NCBI GenBank assembly: GCA_964571305.1
Contig: CAZNBX010000001.1
Location: forward strand, 18,866 to 73,795
Origin: an uncultured Novosphingobium sp.
GTDB taxonomy: Bacteria; Pseudomonadota; Alphaproteobacteria; Sphingomonadales; Sphingomonadaceae
Length of the DNA: 54,930 nt
Direction of reading: 5' to 3'
Part shown: positions 46,451 to 54,930 of the stretch, one piece after another
Layout: each line of letters begins with the position of its first letter
How positions within the stretch are numbered: the first letter of the stretch is position 1
Position numbers and translations under genes: made by a program
Notes under the pieces: generated by a model
The model's database searches: none
Told to the model about the DNA's origin: nothing
Seen by the model: only the letters and a program-made list of their open reading frames with translations

Positions 46451-46645
46451 ATGAGTGTTGGGAACGGTTCACCAAAGCAGTCGCACGATCTTCGTCAGCC
46501 GTTAAACGTGATCAGTCTCGCTGTGGCAAACCTGCGCGCGCGCCTTGCGCCAAACCTGAGCGATGCGGATCGGTCCTACCTTAATGAAAAGCTCGATCGG
46601 ATCGAGCAGCAGGTCGCGCGTGCCGCGCAAATCTTGGATCGATAA
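46451..46645 (+). CDS. Stand-alone HisKA/DHp domain protein
   Basis: H-box SHDLRQPLNVI plus second helix KLDRIEQQVARAAQIL; no ATPase domain. Confidence 0.7.
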   Translation: MSVGNGSPKQSHDLRQPLNVISLAVANLRARLAPNLSDADRSYLNEKLDRIEQQVARAAQILDR

Positions 46646-46694
46646 TTGTGAGCTGGGTGCGCGGTCATAACCCCTCCGGTGCGGAAAGGTGGCC

Positions 46695-47245
46695 ATGTAC
46701 GGAATGATACACCGCGGGTGCGGCAAATGGTCTTGGAAGGCGCTGGTAAACGCACCTGGGCCGAAATCGAAGCTGCGACGGGGATCGGGCAGTCCGAACT
46801 GATCAGTGCGAAAGTTTATGAGGACGCGGTAACTTTAAATCTGATCGAATGTGCAGCGGGTTGCGTCGGGGGCGAAGTTGCCCAGTTCATGACCGATTTC
46901 GGGCAATACTGGATTGCCTATGCCGAACGGGGTTCGTTCGGGCCCATTCTCCAATTCACCGGCGAGGACATCGCAACATTCCTGCGCAATCTCGATCGGC
47001 TGCACGATAGCGTCGAGACTGTCATGCCCGATGCGCGCATGCCGAGTTTCAAGGTGCTGTCAGAAGAGCCTGGTTCGCTGGTCGTTGCTTACCAGTCAGA
47101 CCGCACAGGGCTTGAACCCTTTGTCAAAGGGCTTTTGATAGGGTTGCTGGTCAGTTTCAACCTTGCGGGAACCGTAAGCTCCGTCGCGAGCGAAGGAGCG
47201 CGAGCGATTTTTCGGCTCACTTTTGTGCCCGGGGCCCGCACATGA
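46695..47245 (+). pseudogene. H-NOX (HNOB) heme NO-binding protein, frameshifted near the 5' end
   Basis: ATG 46695 gives MYGMIHRG; one G missing at GGG 46716-46718; the rest has FG.YW, NLDRLHD (proximal His), YQSDR (YxSxR). Confidence 0.85.
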
Positions 47246-48727
47246 GAATTCGACTTGGCCAGGAGCAACGTGACTCGATTTTCCCGGCCAATATTGTGCT
47301 CAACAACGAACTGCGCGTCACCGCGCTAGGCCCAGTGGTTCGCCGGCGCTTCCCCGAGCTTGTTCCAGGTCAATCGATATTGGATCACTTCAGGCTTACC
47401 GCATCGGCGAGCGGTACGACTATCGAGGAATTATCAGGTTCTACGACCCTTCTAAGTCTGGAATCGCGCGGCTCGCACCAAGTCCTGAATGGCTGGGTGA
47501 TCCGACAATCCACGCATTGCTGATGTTCAGTATCCAGCGCGCCGTTCTGGAGGAGCAACGGGTGGTCGCCTTGGAACTAGACCGTGCGCGGCAGCTGAGT
47601 CAGGATCTGGGAGATCGCATCAGTCGCTCCTCAGGAATTCTTGATCATAATTTTAACAATTTACTGTCTATCATTAAGCTCAATTGTGATCGACTTGAGG
47701 TGGCGCTAGCCGGGCAGGAACGGCCCCTTCGGCTAGTTGAGATCATTTCGGGCGCGGCTGCGCGCGGTTCGGCAATAACCCGCTCGCTCATGACCCTCTC
47801 CAACCAGCGGAGCGATACTCTAATTCCCGTCGCCATCGATGCCCTAATTCTCCAAAATCAGGCGTTCCTTGCGTCAACGGTTGGCATGCGTGATCGTCTC
47901 CGGCTTGATCTGGGTACACCCGGCGCAAAGGCTTCGATCAATCCAGCCGCGACACTGAACTGTTTGCTCAATCTGCTGATCAATGCGCGCGATGCGATGC
48001 CCAAAGGGGGCGAAGTCACACTGACGACGCGGCTGGTGGCGGCCACCGAAGTGGGAGAGGGCGGGTCCGATGGAGCTGCGCACAGCAGTATTGCTGTCAC
48101 CGATACCGGGGTCGGCATGGCTCCTGAAGTTTTAGACCGGGCCTTCGAACCGTTCTATTCGACGAAGCGCAATGGAAATGGACTTGGCCTCGCATCGGTC
48201 CTCGAATTTGTAGTCAATGCCGGAGGGAATGGTCGGATTGCGCCAACGCTGGGAACCGGGAGCTCCGTTTTCTTAGCTTGCCCTGCATCGACCTGGCGCC
48301 CGCTGTTGTGTCGCGGGCTGAGGTTCACGCTTTGGCGGCCGACCAGGCAGTGGGTCAGATCGAACCATCGGCCGAGTTGGATACGCAGATCCTCGTCGTG
48401 GAGGACGAGCCTTTCGCGCTTGAGGCTCTGTGCGAGCTCCTCGGCGCGGCTGGTTTTTCGGTTGTCGGCGTCAGTAATAGTTCCAAGGCACTGGAAGCGT
48501 TGCGGCGCAATTCGTTCGAGGTGCTGCTTTCCGACATTTTGCTGGCAGACGAAAGCGGGGCCGACCTAGCGCGTGCAGCCCGGGAATTGAACCCATCACT
48601 CAAGGTCGTCCTGATGAGCGGCTACGTTCCGCAAGGCGAAGAATTGGATGACGAATGGCTGTTCGTGCGCAAGCCGATAGACGCCCAGGTCGTGACGAAG
48701 ATGCTTCGCGCCGCGACCCGGACCTGA
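47242..48727 (+). pseudogene. H-NOX-associated hybrid histidine kinase, in three frames
   Basis: HNOBA/PAS-like N-terminus; HNFNNLL H-box, NLLINARDAM, DTGVGM, FEPFYSTK, GNGLGL; receiver VVEDE, SD, MSG, KP; breaks near 47500 and 48270. Confidence 0.82.
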
Positions 48728-48736
48728 ACGGCTGGA

Positions 48737-49336
48737 TCAGACTTCGATCCCAGCTTCCAGCGCAATACGGACTGCATCCGGAGAGTTGTTGGCAAACAGC
48801 TTGCTCAGCATATGGCCGCGGTGAATTTCCACAGTGCGCGGGCTGATCCCGAGTTGCTCTCCAATAGCGCGGTTTGAGAAGCCCTTGGTCATGAACGTCA
48901 GAACTTCCTTTTCACGGGGAGTAAGGCGTTCGATCAGCTTGCGGGCAAAGGCCTGCTTCTCGGCCCGGGTCCAATCTGTCTCGGCAATTGCCTGACAGGC
49001 TTCAACCGCTTCTTGCAGGCTCTCTGGATCGATCGGCCACTGGCAGTAATCGGTTGCGCCCCAGCGGATCGCCTGAACCACCGCCCTGGGCGAAGGGCTC
49101 TGCGAATAGGCCAATACGCCAACAAGCTGGCCTTCGCGCCTGCACCATTGGATAACGTCCTGGACAAGCGTGCCTTCGTCGTGGACGAGCAATACCGAGC
49201 GATCATGCGACTTGGCCGAGAATTCCTGAAGACTCTCGAATGGCTCGACATGGCGGCCAGCAGAAGTGAGGGCATGAGCAATGCGCGCGCGGCGTGCGTA
49301 ATCGCTATCGACGAGTGAGATGGGAGCCTGGATCAT
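48737..49336 (-). CDS. FixJ/LuxR-type response regulator with degenerate receiver
   Basis: LTPREKEVL...GFSNRAIGEQLGISPRTVEIHR; receiver acidic pocket and Lys poorly conserved. Confidence 0.88.
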   Translation of the reverse strand: MIQAPISLVDSDYARRARIAHALTSAGRHVEPFESLQEFSAKSHDRSVLLVHDEGTLVQDVIQWCRREGQLVGVLAYSQSPSPRAVVQAIRWGATDYCQWPIDPESLQEAVEACQAIAETDWTRAEKQAFARKLIERLTPREKEVLTFMTKGFSNRAIGEQLGISPRTVEIHRGHMLSKLFANNSPDAVRIALEAGIEV

Positions 49337-49425
49337 GCCCAGTTACCTAGGCAGTCCGTGCTAAGCATAAAAATGGAGTTGGTTCCGAAACGCGAGAACC
49401 TTACTGCCAAAATGCGGGATAACCC

Positions 49426-49758
49426 CTAATTCGTTTCCAATTCGGCAGTCATCGTAAAGGACCAGTGGTTTAGCAGATGATCGAGGACTGGTATGTAAAG
49501 CGGATGATCGAACTCCAACCCGGCGCTTCCTTCGCCGCGCCATCGGACAGTTGCTCGAAGTGGGGCTAGTTCGTTCAGGCGCACGAACACCGACGTACCG
49601 ACAGCAATTCCCTCATCACGCGTGAGAATTCTGCAACCGCGTGCGGACAGGTCGCCGACCGAAACATTGGAGCGACAGGTGACGTTATGGCGAATGGCTC
49701 CAGGCATCGCGACCGTGCCTCGTCGTTCCCGTCGACGCGTGTCAATAAAGGAAACCAT
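49426..49758 (-). CDS. PilZ domain protein
   Basis: RRRER (RxxxR) and DLSARG (DxSxxG) c-di-GMP motifs; VRW, GLEF. Confidence 0.85.
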   Translation of the reverse strand: MVSFIDTRRRERRGTVAMPGAIRHNVTCRSNVSVGDLSARGCRILTRDEGIAVGTSVFVRLNELAPLRATVRWRGEGSAGLEFDHPLYIPVLDHLLNHWSFTMTAELETN

Positions 49759-49842
49759 CGCAATCCTTCTCCTCGGATCCCGCCGACAGGGGCCTGAGTT
49801 GCGCCCTGTCGGCCGAATATTGGTCTTGCTTGAGCGAAGTGG

Positions 49843-50019
49843 TTACTGTGCGTTGGCGCTTTTGAGCGACGTCGCTGCGGTGTTGAACGTGGTGTTCAGC
49901 TCGCTGCCCAGGCTCTGCATGGCGGTCATTGCGGCAACCGCGATAAGGGCGGCAATCAGCCCATATTCAATAGCAGTCGCGCCCAGTTGATCACGAAATA
50001 CATTAAAGATTTTGCGCAT
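49843..50019 (-). CDS. flp: Flp family type IVb pilin (58 aa)
   Basis: Not in the ORF track; GGAGA RBS; MRKIFNVFRDQLG|ATAIEYGLIAALIAVAAMTAMQSLGSELNTTFNTAATSLKSANAQ*. Confidence 0.92.
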   Translation of the reverse strand: MRKIFNVFRDQLGATAIEYGLIAALIAVAAMTAMQSLGSELNTTFNTAATSLKSANAQ

Positions 50020-50298
50020 ATTCGGTCTCCAAACAAGTGCGTCGAAATTCCGATCAAAAATAAATTGGCCAGTTATTCAAATAATCCGAAGAAAATTTTA
50101 GAGAGAATCGGACTTTATTTATATTTCGACGCGCGAATCATGATGGAGAAAGATTGGTGGCGGATTATCACCTGACTCGAATAAGTTTCTAGGCTTAAAT
50201 GCTTATAGAACGTTGGTCAGCTGCTTGCTATTTCGCGCGGCGTGGCGCCCGACTCTAAAGCGACCCGGTCGGGCGTCACAACCTGCCTCCAGCCCTGT

Positions 50299-50724
50299 TC
50301 AAGCGTGCGGTTTCGCTCCACCACCGTGTCGCAGGAATCGCCGGTCGATGTCGTCGACCTTGGCCTGCACCTCGCTGCCCCCTTGCAGGCTCAGCAGCAG
50401 GTCGATCTTCTCTTCCATTCGATCGTCGTTCTCTTTCGAACTCGGCGAGCCGACGTAAAGGAAGTAGGCTAGGCCAACGACCTGCCACAGCAGTTGGAGG
50501 AACTCGGACTGCCAATTTTCAAATGTGTCGCGCAGCATCTGGTTCAGATATTCGCCGGTTTCGGGTCGCTGCCCGTGTTCCAGCGCATCGCCCACATAGC
50601 TGCGCCAGCCGAAATACCAGTGCAGGCCGAGCGACACGGCAAAGAAACCGAACGTGATCCAGGCATAGGCGTATTTGCCAATGATTCCGAAGTTCCGCGC
50701 ACTGCGTTCCTGTTTGTCATCCAT
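50299..50724 (-). CDS. DUF6766-like membrane protein
   Basis: TFENWQSEFLQ and GSPSSKE motifs; two hydrophobic segments. Confidence 0.7.
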   Translation of the reverse strand: MDDKQERSARNFGIIGKYAYAWITFGFFAVSLGLHWYFGWRSYVGDALEHGQRPETGEYLNQMLRDTFENWQSEFLQLLWQVVGLAYFLYVGSPSSKENDDRMEEKIDLLLSLQGGSEVQAKVDDIDRRFLRHGGGAKPHA

Positions 50725-51304
50725 TTGCCTCTCCTGTTTTGCTGGACGGCCTGCCTGCTCCGCCGGCTATTTCACCAAGCAGCTCAAGCGCGCCGCGCGC
50801 AGCGAGAAGTCGTATTTCCTGTCGGCCGCGTGGTCCGAAATGGCATTCCCGGTGGATAAGCGCGCCTTCGCGCGAGGCAGCGGCGATGTGGACCAGGCCC
50901 TCCTCGTCACGCTTTCCGGCAGGTCCGGCAAACCCGGTGATAGCTATAGCGATGTGTGCCCGGGAATGGTCCAGCGCACCTTTAGCCATGGCCACAGCCA
51001 CTTCGGTGCTGACCGCGCCGTGCCGGGTAATGAGGATCGGGTCTATGCCCAGCAGGTCGGCCTTTGCTTCCTCGCTGTAAGTGGCAAAGCCGCGTTCGAA
51101 CAAACCGCTGTACCCTTCGACATCGGTCAGCAGTGATGACAGCAAACCGCCGGTGCAGCTTTCGGCGCTGGCGATATGCAGCTTTCCCTTCTTTGCCGTT
51201 TTCAGCACGCTTTCGGCCATGGAAAACAGCGTGTCGGCGCCGTCCGGTATCTCCGTTTTTGCGCTTTGCATGGCCGGATCCGGCGGCGCGGCGTGGTGTT
51301 GCAT
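50717..51304 (-). CDS. CinA/PncC family protein (start 51304 or 51271)
   Basis: AESCTGG, TYSEEAK, HGAVS.EVA.AMAKGA, AITGFAGP. Confidence 0.88.
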   Translation of the reverse strand: MQHHAAPPDPAMQSAKTEIPDGADTLFSMAESVLKTAKKGKLHIASAESCTGGLLSSLLTDVEGYSGLFERGFATYSEEAKADLLGIDPILITRHGAVSTEVAVAMAKGALDHSRAHIAIAITGFAGPAGKRDEEGLVHIAAASREGALIHRECHFGPRGRQEIRLLAARGALELLGEIAGGAGRPSSKTGEANG

Positions 51305-51338
51305 GGGCGGATTGCTTTCGATTGTCTGGAAGAACAGC

Positions 51339-51363
51339 AACGGGTGGTGCGTCGCGCTGTTGC
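51339..51363 (-). promoter_or_regulatory. EcfG-like (general stress sigma) promoter for the cinA-DUF6766 pair
   Basis: GCAAC-N16-CGTT on the minus strand. Confidence 0.5.
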
Positions 51364-51506
51364 GCCGCCGTGTCGATGCAGAGCCAAGCCGTGCCTGCTC
51401 AACGATCAGCTGCCCAAGGTTATCGTTCGCACCATTTCCCGGTCCTTGCGGGAACCTTTTGCCGCGCCGTGCATTGGCGAAAAGCAGGGAACGAAAGGTT
51501 TCATCA

Positions 51507-52274
51507 ATGCGGCAGGTTGCACCGAGAGGTGCCAAATCGGGGGGCGGCCGTCCAACGCAGGAAGAATTGCAGATCCTCTTCCAGAGGATGCGCTGCAATG
51601 TGGATGTCTCTGCCAGCGCTGAAGCGGCTATCAGCCAGATCTTTCAGGCAACCGAGCGGATCAGGGAATACCGGGTGGCATTGCGCCGGGGGCAGAGTGT
51701 CGAACAGTGCCTTTTGGTGCTTGATGGCTTTCTGTGTCACTATCAGGATTTTCCGAACGGCGCGCGGCAGATCACCGCTCTGTACTTGCCCGGCGATTTC
51801 GTGGACTTGGCGTCTTATACCCTGAAGCGAACCGATCAGGACGTTCTTGCCCTGACCAATTGTACGCTGGCGGTCGCTCCGCACGATGCGATTGGTCAAG
51901 CGCTGGAGCGAAATCCCGAACTGGCTGAGCTGCTGTGGCTGCTGACCAACATTGACGGCAACATAAATCGCGAATGGGAATTGTCGCTCGGCCAGCGCAA
52001 TGCGCTTGAGCGGACCGCCCATCTGTTTTGCGAACTGCACACGCGCCTTGGACTGGTCGGACTGGCGGATGAATTCAGCTTCGCCCTGCCTTTCACCCAG
52101 GTGGAACTGTCGCAGTGCCTTGCGATCAGTCCCGTTCATACGAACCGCGTCTTACGCGAACTTCGTGAACGGAATCTGCTGCAGTTCTCGCGGCGAAAGG
52201 TCGAGATCGACAACCCTTCGGCCCTGCGCAAGCTAGCCGGGTTCGATCCTGCCTATCTGCATATTCAAAATTAG
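51507..52274 (+). CDS. Crp/Fnr family transcriptional regulator
   Basis: GARQITALYLPGDFVDL, LGQRNALERTAHLFCE, FTQVEL...SPVHTNRVLREL. Confidence 0.9.
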   Translation: MRQVAPRGAKSGGGRPTQEELQILFQRMRCNVDVSASAEAAISQIFQATERIREYRVALRRGQSVEQCLLVLDGFLCHYQDFPNGARQITALYLPGDFVDLASYTLKRTDQDVLALTNCTLAVAPHDAIGQALERNPELAELLWLLTNIDGNINREWELSLGQRNALERTAHLFCELHTRLGLVGLADEFSFALPFTQVELSQCLAISPVHTNRVLRELRERNLLQFSRRKVEIDNPSALRKLAGFDPAYLHIQN

Positions 52275-52318
52275 GTCCGACCCAGCAACCACCGTCCAGG
52301 TCTCTGGCTTGGGGGTAG

Positions 52319-52353
52319 AAAAATGCCGGACCCCAACGGGCCCGGCACTCTTT
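52319..52353. terminator. Probable bidirectional terminator
   Basis: AAAAATGCCGG...CCGGCACTCTTT between convergent genes. Confidence 0.6.
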
Positions 52354-52368
52354 CAGCCATGAAGGCGA

Positions 52369-53772
52369 TCAGTGGCGGCTGTCCCACCCGCGCCGTGCTG
52401 CTTCGGAATGGCCGCGGCTGTCACCGAACCAGCCGCCACGGCCGCGATCGTCATCATCCCGGCTGCTGCGGCTTGAGCGGCCACCGCGATCATCGTCATC
52501 GCGTCCACGACCCCGGCTGGAGCGTCCGCCGCGATCATCGTCGCGGTCTTCCCAGCCTCGCCGTGCAGCTTCGGAATGGCCGCGGCTGTCACCGAACCAG
52601 CCACCGCGACCGTTGCCGCGTCCGTCATCGTCGCGGCCGCGTCCGCTGCTGGAACGGCCACCGCGATCATCGCCCTGTCCGCGCGAGGAGCGCGAGGAGC
52701 CGCGATCGTCACGATCATCCCAGCCGCGCTGGGCTGCGCGCGAATGGCCTTCGCTGTCGCCAAACCAGCCGCCCTGGCCACGGTCGCCGCCGCGTCCGCC
52801 GCTCGAACGGCCACCACGGTCATCGTCATCGCGCCCCCGGCTGCTGCTGGAACGGCCACCGCGGTCGTCGTCACGGTCATCCCAACCGCGACGGCCGGCT
52901 TCGGAGTGGCCTTCGCTGTCGCCGAACCAACCACCACGCCCGCGGCCGCGGTCATCATCGTCGCGGCTGCGGCTGGAGCGGCCACGGTCATCGTCGTCGC
53001 GCGAGCGGCTCCGGCGTGAACCCCGGTCATCATCGTCGTCGCGCCCACCGCGCGAACTCGTGAAACGGCCATCCTCGTCCCGCTCGTGTCCGCCAGAACG
53101 CGAACCGCGATCGTCGCTGCGCGAGCGGCTGCTGCCGCTTCGGCCTTCTTGCATACTTGCCATCATACTCTCCTTGGTTGTTTCCCTGTTGCCTGTCGAA
53201 ACCCCCTGGATGGAGACCGGCTCGCCCGGAGCGAGGTCGTCCTCTGCTTCAAGTTCGGCCTTGCGCTGGGCCATCTGCATGCCTAGTGCGTTCAGGTCGA
53301 CGCCTGCTTCCTGCGCCTTGGCGAAGATCCCGCTGCGGGGCTTTTCCTCTTCCCCGACGTGATGCTTGACCTGCTCGGACATGACCTTGACCTTGGCATC
53401 CCGGTAGGAGTCCTGCGCGCGTGCACCCCAGACCTCGGCAATCAGGATCTTGACGCTGTCGTGCTCGACCTGGGCTTCGTTGAGCATGTCCTCTTCGCTG
53501 ACCTTCTGGCGACAGGCCGGGTAGAATATCTCTTCCTCCAGCATGGCGTGGATGGTCAGGGCCTTGCAGATCTGCTCGGCCAACTGGTCCTTCTTGCTGT
53601 CCGAGGCCGTTTCGAACTCGGCAAACATCTTCTCGACTTCGCGGTGATCGGCCTTCAGCAATTCGACCGCGTTCTTGCCGCGAGCCGACTTGTCCGATTG
53701 GGTTCCCGACCCATTCATCGCGGTCTCGCCACCAGCGGGTGACTGTTCCGCTTTTTCACTTTTGCTGGCCAT
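52369..53772 (-). CDS. Hemerythrin-like (HHE) domain fused to R/D/G/S-rich repeat tail
   Basis: LKADHREV, HAMLEEEIFYP, EH, HHVGEEE; C-terminal half low complexity. Confidence 0.85.
   Translation of the reverse strand: MASKSEKAEQSPAGGETAMNGSGTQSDKSARGKNAVELLKADHREVEKMFAEFETASDSKKDQLAEQICKALTIHAMLEEEIFYPACRQKVSEEDMLNEAQVEHDSVKILIAEVWGARAQDSYRDAKVKVMSEQVKHHVGEEEKPRSGIFAKAQEAGVDLNALGMQMAQRKAELEAEDDLAPGEPVSIQGVSTGNRETTKESMMASMQEGRSGSSRSRSDDRGSRSGGHERDEDGRFTSSRGGRDDDDDRGSRRSRSRDDDDRGRSSRSRDDDDRGRGRGGWFGDSEGHSEAGRRGWDDRDDDRGGRSSSSRGRDDDDRGGRSSGGRGGDRGQGGWFGDSEGHSRAAQRGWDDRDDRGSSRSSRGQGDDRGGRSSSGRGRDDDGRGNGRGGWFGDSRGHSEAARRGWEDRDDDRGGRSSRGRGRDDDDRGGRSSRSSRDDDDRGRGGWFGDSRGHSEAARRGWDSRH
52372..53110 (-). 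repeat. Four coding repeats GGWFGDS(E/R)GHS(E/R)A(A/G)xRGW with RDDDDRG/RSS linkers
   Basis: Directly visible in the translation; period roughly 55 aa. Confidence 0.9.
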
Positions 53773-53822
53773 TCGAATCCTCCTTGGCGGGCAACTGCAG
53801 GGGTGCAGTGCTCGCAGGTCGA

Positions 53823-53848
53823 AACCAGCCCACGAGGGGAAGTGTTCC
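53823..53848 (-). promoter_or_regulatory. EcfG-like promoter for the hemerythrin-repeat gene
   Basis: GGAAC-N17-GGTT on the minus strand, about 50 bp upstream of the start. Confidence 0.6.
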
Positions 53849-54002
53849 CCTCGACAAATCTGGATTAGCGAAAGGGTAGGGGGCGTTCAAAACTGCACAA
53901 AACCGGGATTTCGGCCCGTCCCGCCCACGTCTCGTCTCATGGTTGGCAGGTGCTTAATTCAGGTAAGCAACCTCAAGCTTGCTGCTGCGTATCGTCCTCG
54001 CC

Positions 54003-54644
54003 ATGCCCAGGAAATCCAACGAACCCAGCGAGCCGATTTTCCGCTTTCGTCGCCACGAGCATCTGACCCGCGCTGGCGAACCGCAGGACTCGATCTTCTG
54101 CATCGAGGAAGGGTGGGTTGGGCGCTATACCGTTCTTGGGGCAGGGCGCAGGCAGATCACGGCGCTTTATCTGCCCGGCGACTACTGCGAACCGCAGTGG
54201 ATCATCCGCCCGCGCAGCACCGAAAGCATCATCGCGCTAACCCCGGTGCGGGCCTGGTGCAAACCGATTGCCAAGCTTACCGAAGCCGATCGCACTTCAC
54301 CGGACGCACGTGAGTTGCTGGGCGCAATCCCCCGCATTATCGAACGCCAATCGGCCTGGATCACCGCCTTGGGACGCAAGTCGGCGGTGGAGCGCATTTC
54401 GTCGCTGATGGTCGAATTCATGGACCGGATGAAAGGAGCGGGAAGATCGCAGAGCGACCGCTTCCCCATGCCCTTGACCCAGTCGGAGATCGGCGACGTG
54501 GTTGGCCTCACTCCGATCCACGTCAATCGCGTGATGAAGGACTTGAAGAACCGGGGCATCATCGAGGCGCGGAGCCGTTTTGTCACGGTGCGCGACCAGG
54601 CGGAGCTTCGCGCCATCGCCAATGCGACTGGCAGCCTGAACTAG
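54003..54644 (+). CDS. Crp/Fnr family transcriptional regulator (start uncertain)
   Basis: GRRQITALYLPGD, LGRKSAVERI, LTQSEIGDVVGLTPIHVNRV. Confidence 0.88.
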   Translation: MPRKSNEPSEPIFRFRRHEHLTRAGEPQDSIFCIEEGWVGRYTVLGAGRRQITALYLPGDYCEPQWIIRPRSTESIIALTPVRAWCKPIAKLTEADRTSPDARELLGAIPRIIERQSAWITALGRKSAVERISSLMVEFMDRMKGAGRSQSDRFPMPLTQSEIGDVVGLTPIHVNRVMKDLKNRGIIEARSRFVTVRDQAELRAIANATGSLN

Positions 54645-54669
54645 CACCTTGCTCATCATGCACAGGAAA

Positions 54670-54698
54670 CGCCCCAGATCCGGCGGGGAACTGGGGCG
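54670..54698. terminator. Hairpin between convergent genes
   Basis: CGCCCCAG-N13-CTGGGGCG. Confidence 0.55.
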
Positions 54699-54732
54699 CT
54701 TCGCTTACACCTCACCAAAGGGGAGGGTGAGC

Positions 54733-54924
54733 CTATTTCTGCTGGTTCGAGCCCTTGCCCGACTGCGATCCCTGCTGGGACTTATTCGCATTCCGGCTGT
54801 TGCTGTCCTGCTGCTGCTGGCGTCCTGCCCCGCTGGTGCCACCATTCTGCTGGCCGGGATTGCGACGCTCTTCGCTCTGCTGGCGCTGTTGGCCGGAATG
54901 CATGTTGCCATTGTTCTTGGCCAT
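54733..54924 (-). CDS. Small Q/N/S/G-rich hydrophilic protein
   Basis: 63 aa low-complexity ORF at the window edge; upstream signals not visible. Confidence 0.55.
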   Translation of the reverse strand: MAKNNGNMHSGQQRQQSEERRNPGQQNGGTSGAGRQQQQDSNSRNANKSQQGSQSGKGSNQQK

Positions 54925-54930
54925 GATCTG

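Noticed and set aside
52372-53110. CRISPR array or non-coding tandem repeat
   Set aside because: The repeats are in-frame coding units with synonymous variation and related linkers; no cas genes
52323-53362. Overlapping ORFs 52323-53063, 52353-53072 and 52613-53362
   Set aside because: Alternative frames of the low-complexity repeat that stay open only because of its composition
1-54930. rRNA, tRNA or riboswitch genes
   Set aside because: None recognised by eye; a tRNAscan-SE or Infernal run would be needed to exclude small RNAs in 35800-36400, 37140-37500 and 38160-38480

Overview
High-GC window whose gene content suggests a sphingomonad alphaproteobacterium (Novosphingobium-like; taxon is inferred). 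It has four blocks. (1) 1-29.3 kb is a steroid/bile-acid-type catabolic cluster: a KstD-like flavoprotein, four KshA-like Rieske oxygenases, HsaA/HsaC-like ring-cleavage enzymes, six SDRs, two acyl-CoA ligases, two OYE-family flavoenzymes, Tat-exported amidase and oxidase, and a tandem Lrp/AsnC pair. Six of its promoter regions carry the same 30-bp palindrome, TGCGTA-N18-TACGCA. (2) rlmJ is followed by a 30.4-43.4 kb adhesion block. A type I secretion operon with no substrate in the window lies divergent from a Csu-like chaperone-usher locus. That locus has a tandem array of five pilin paralog units: two intact, two fused out of frame, and one reduced to a signal peptide plus donor strand. (3) 43.4-50.2 kb holds ribH and an HTH-RibB fusion with a perfect upstream palindrome, then an H-NOX / stand-alone HisKA / hybrid kinase / response regulator / PilZ / Flp-pilin signalling cluster with several reading-frame lesions. 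(4) 50.3-54.9 kb is a general-stress-type block: DUF6766, CinA, two Crp/Fnr proteins, a hemerythrin fused to GGWFGDS repeats, and EcfG-like promoters. Some lesions may be assembly errors. All product calls come from motif recognition; no database search was run.
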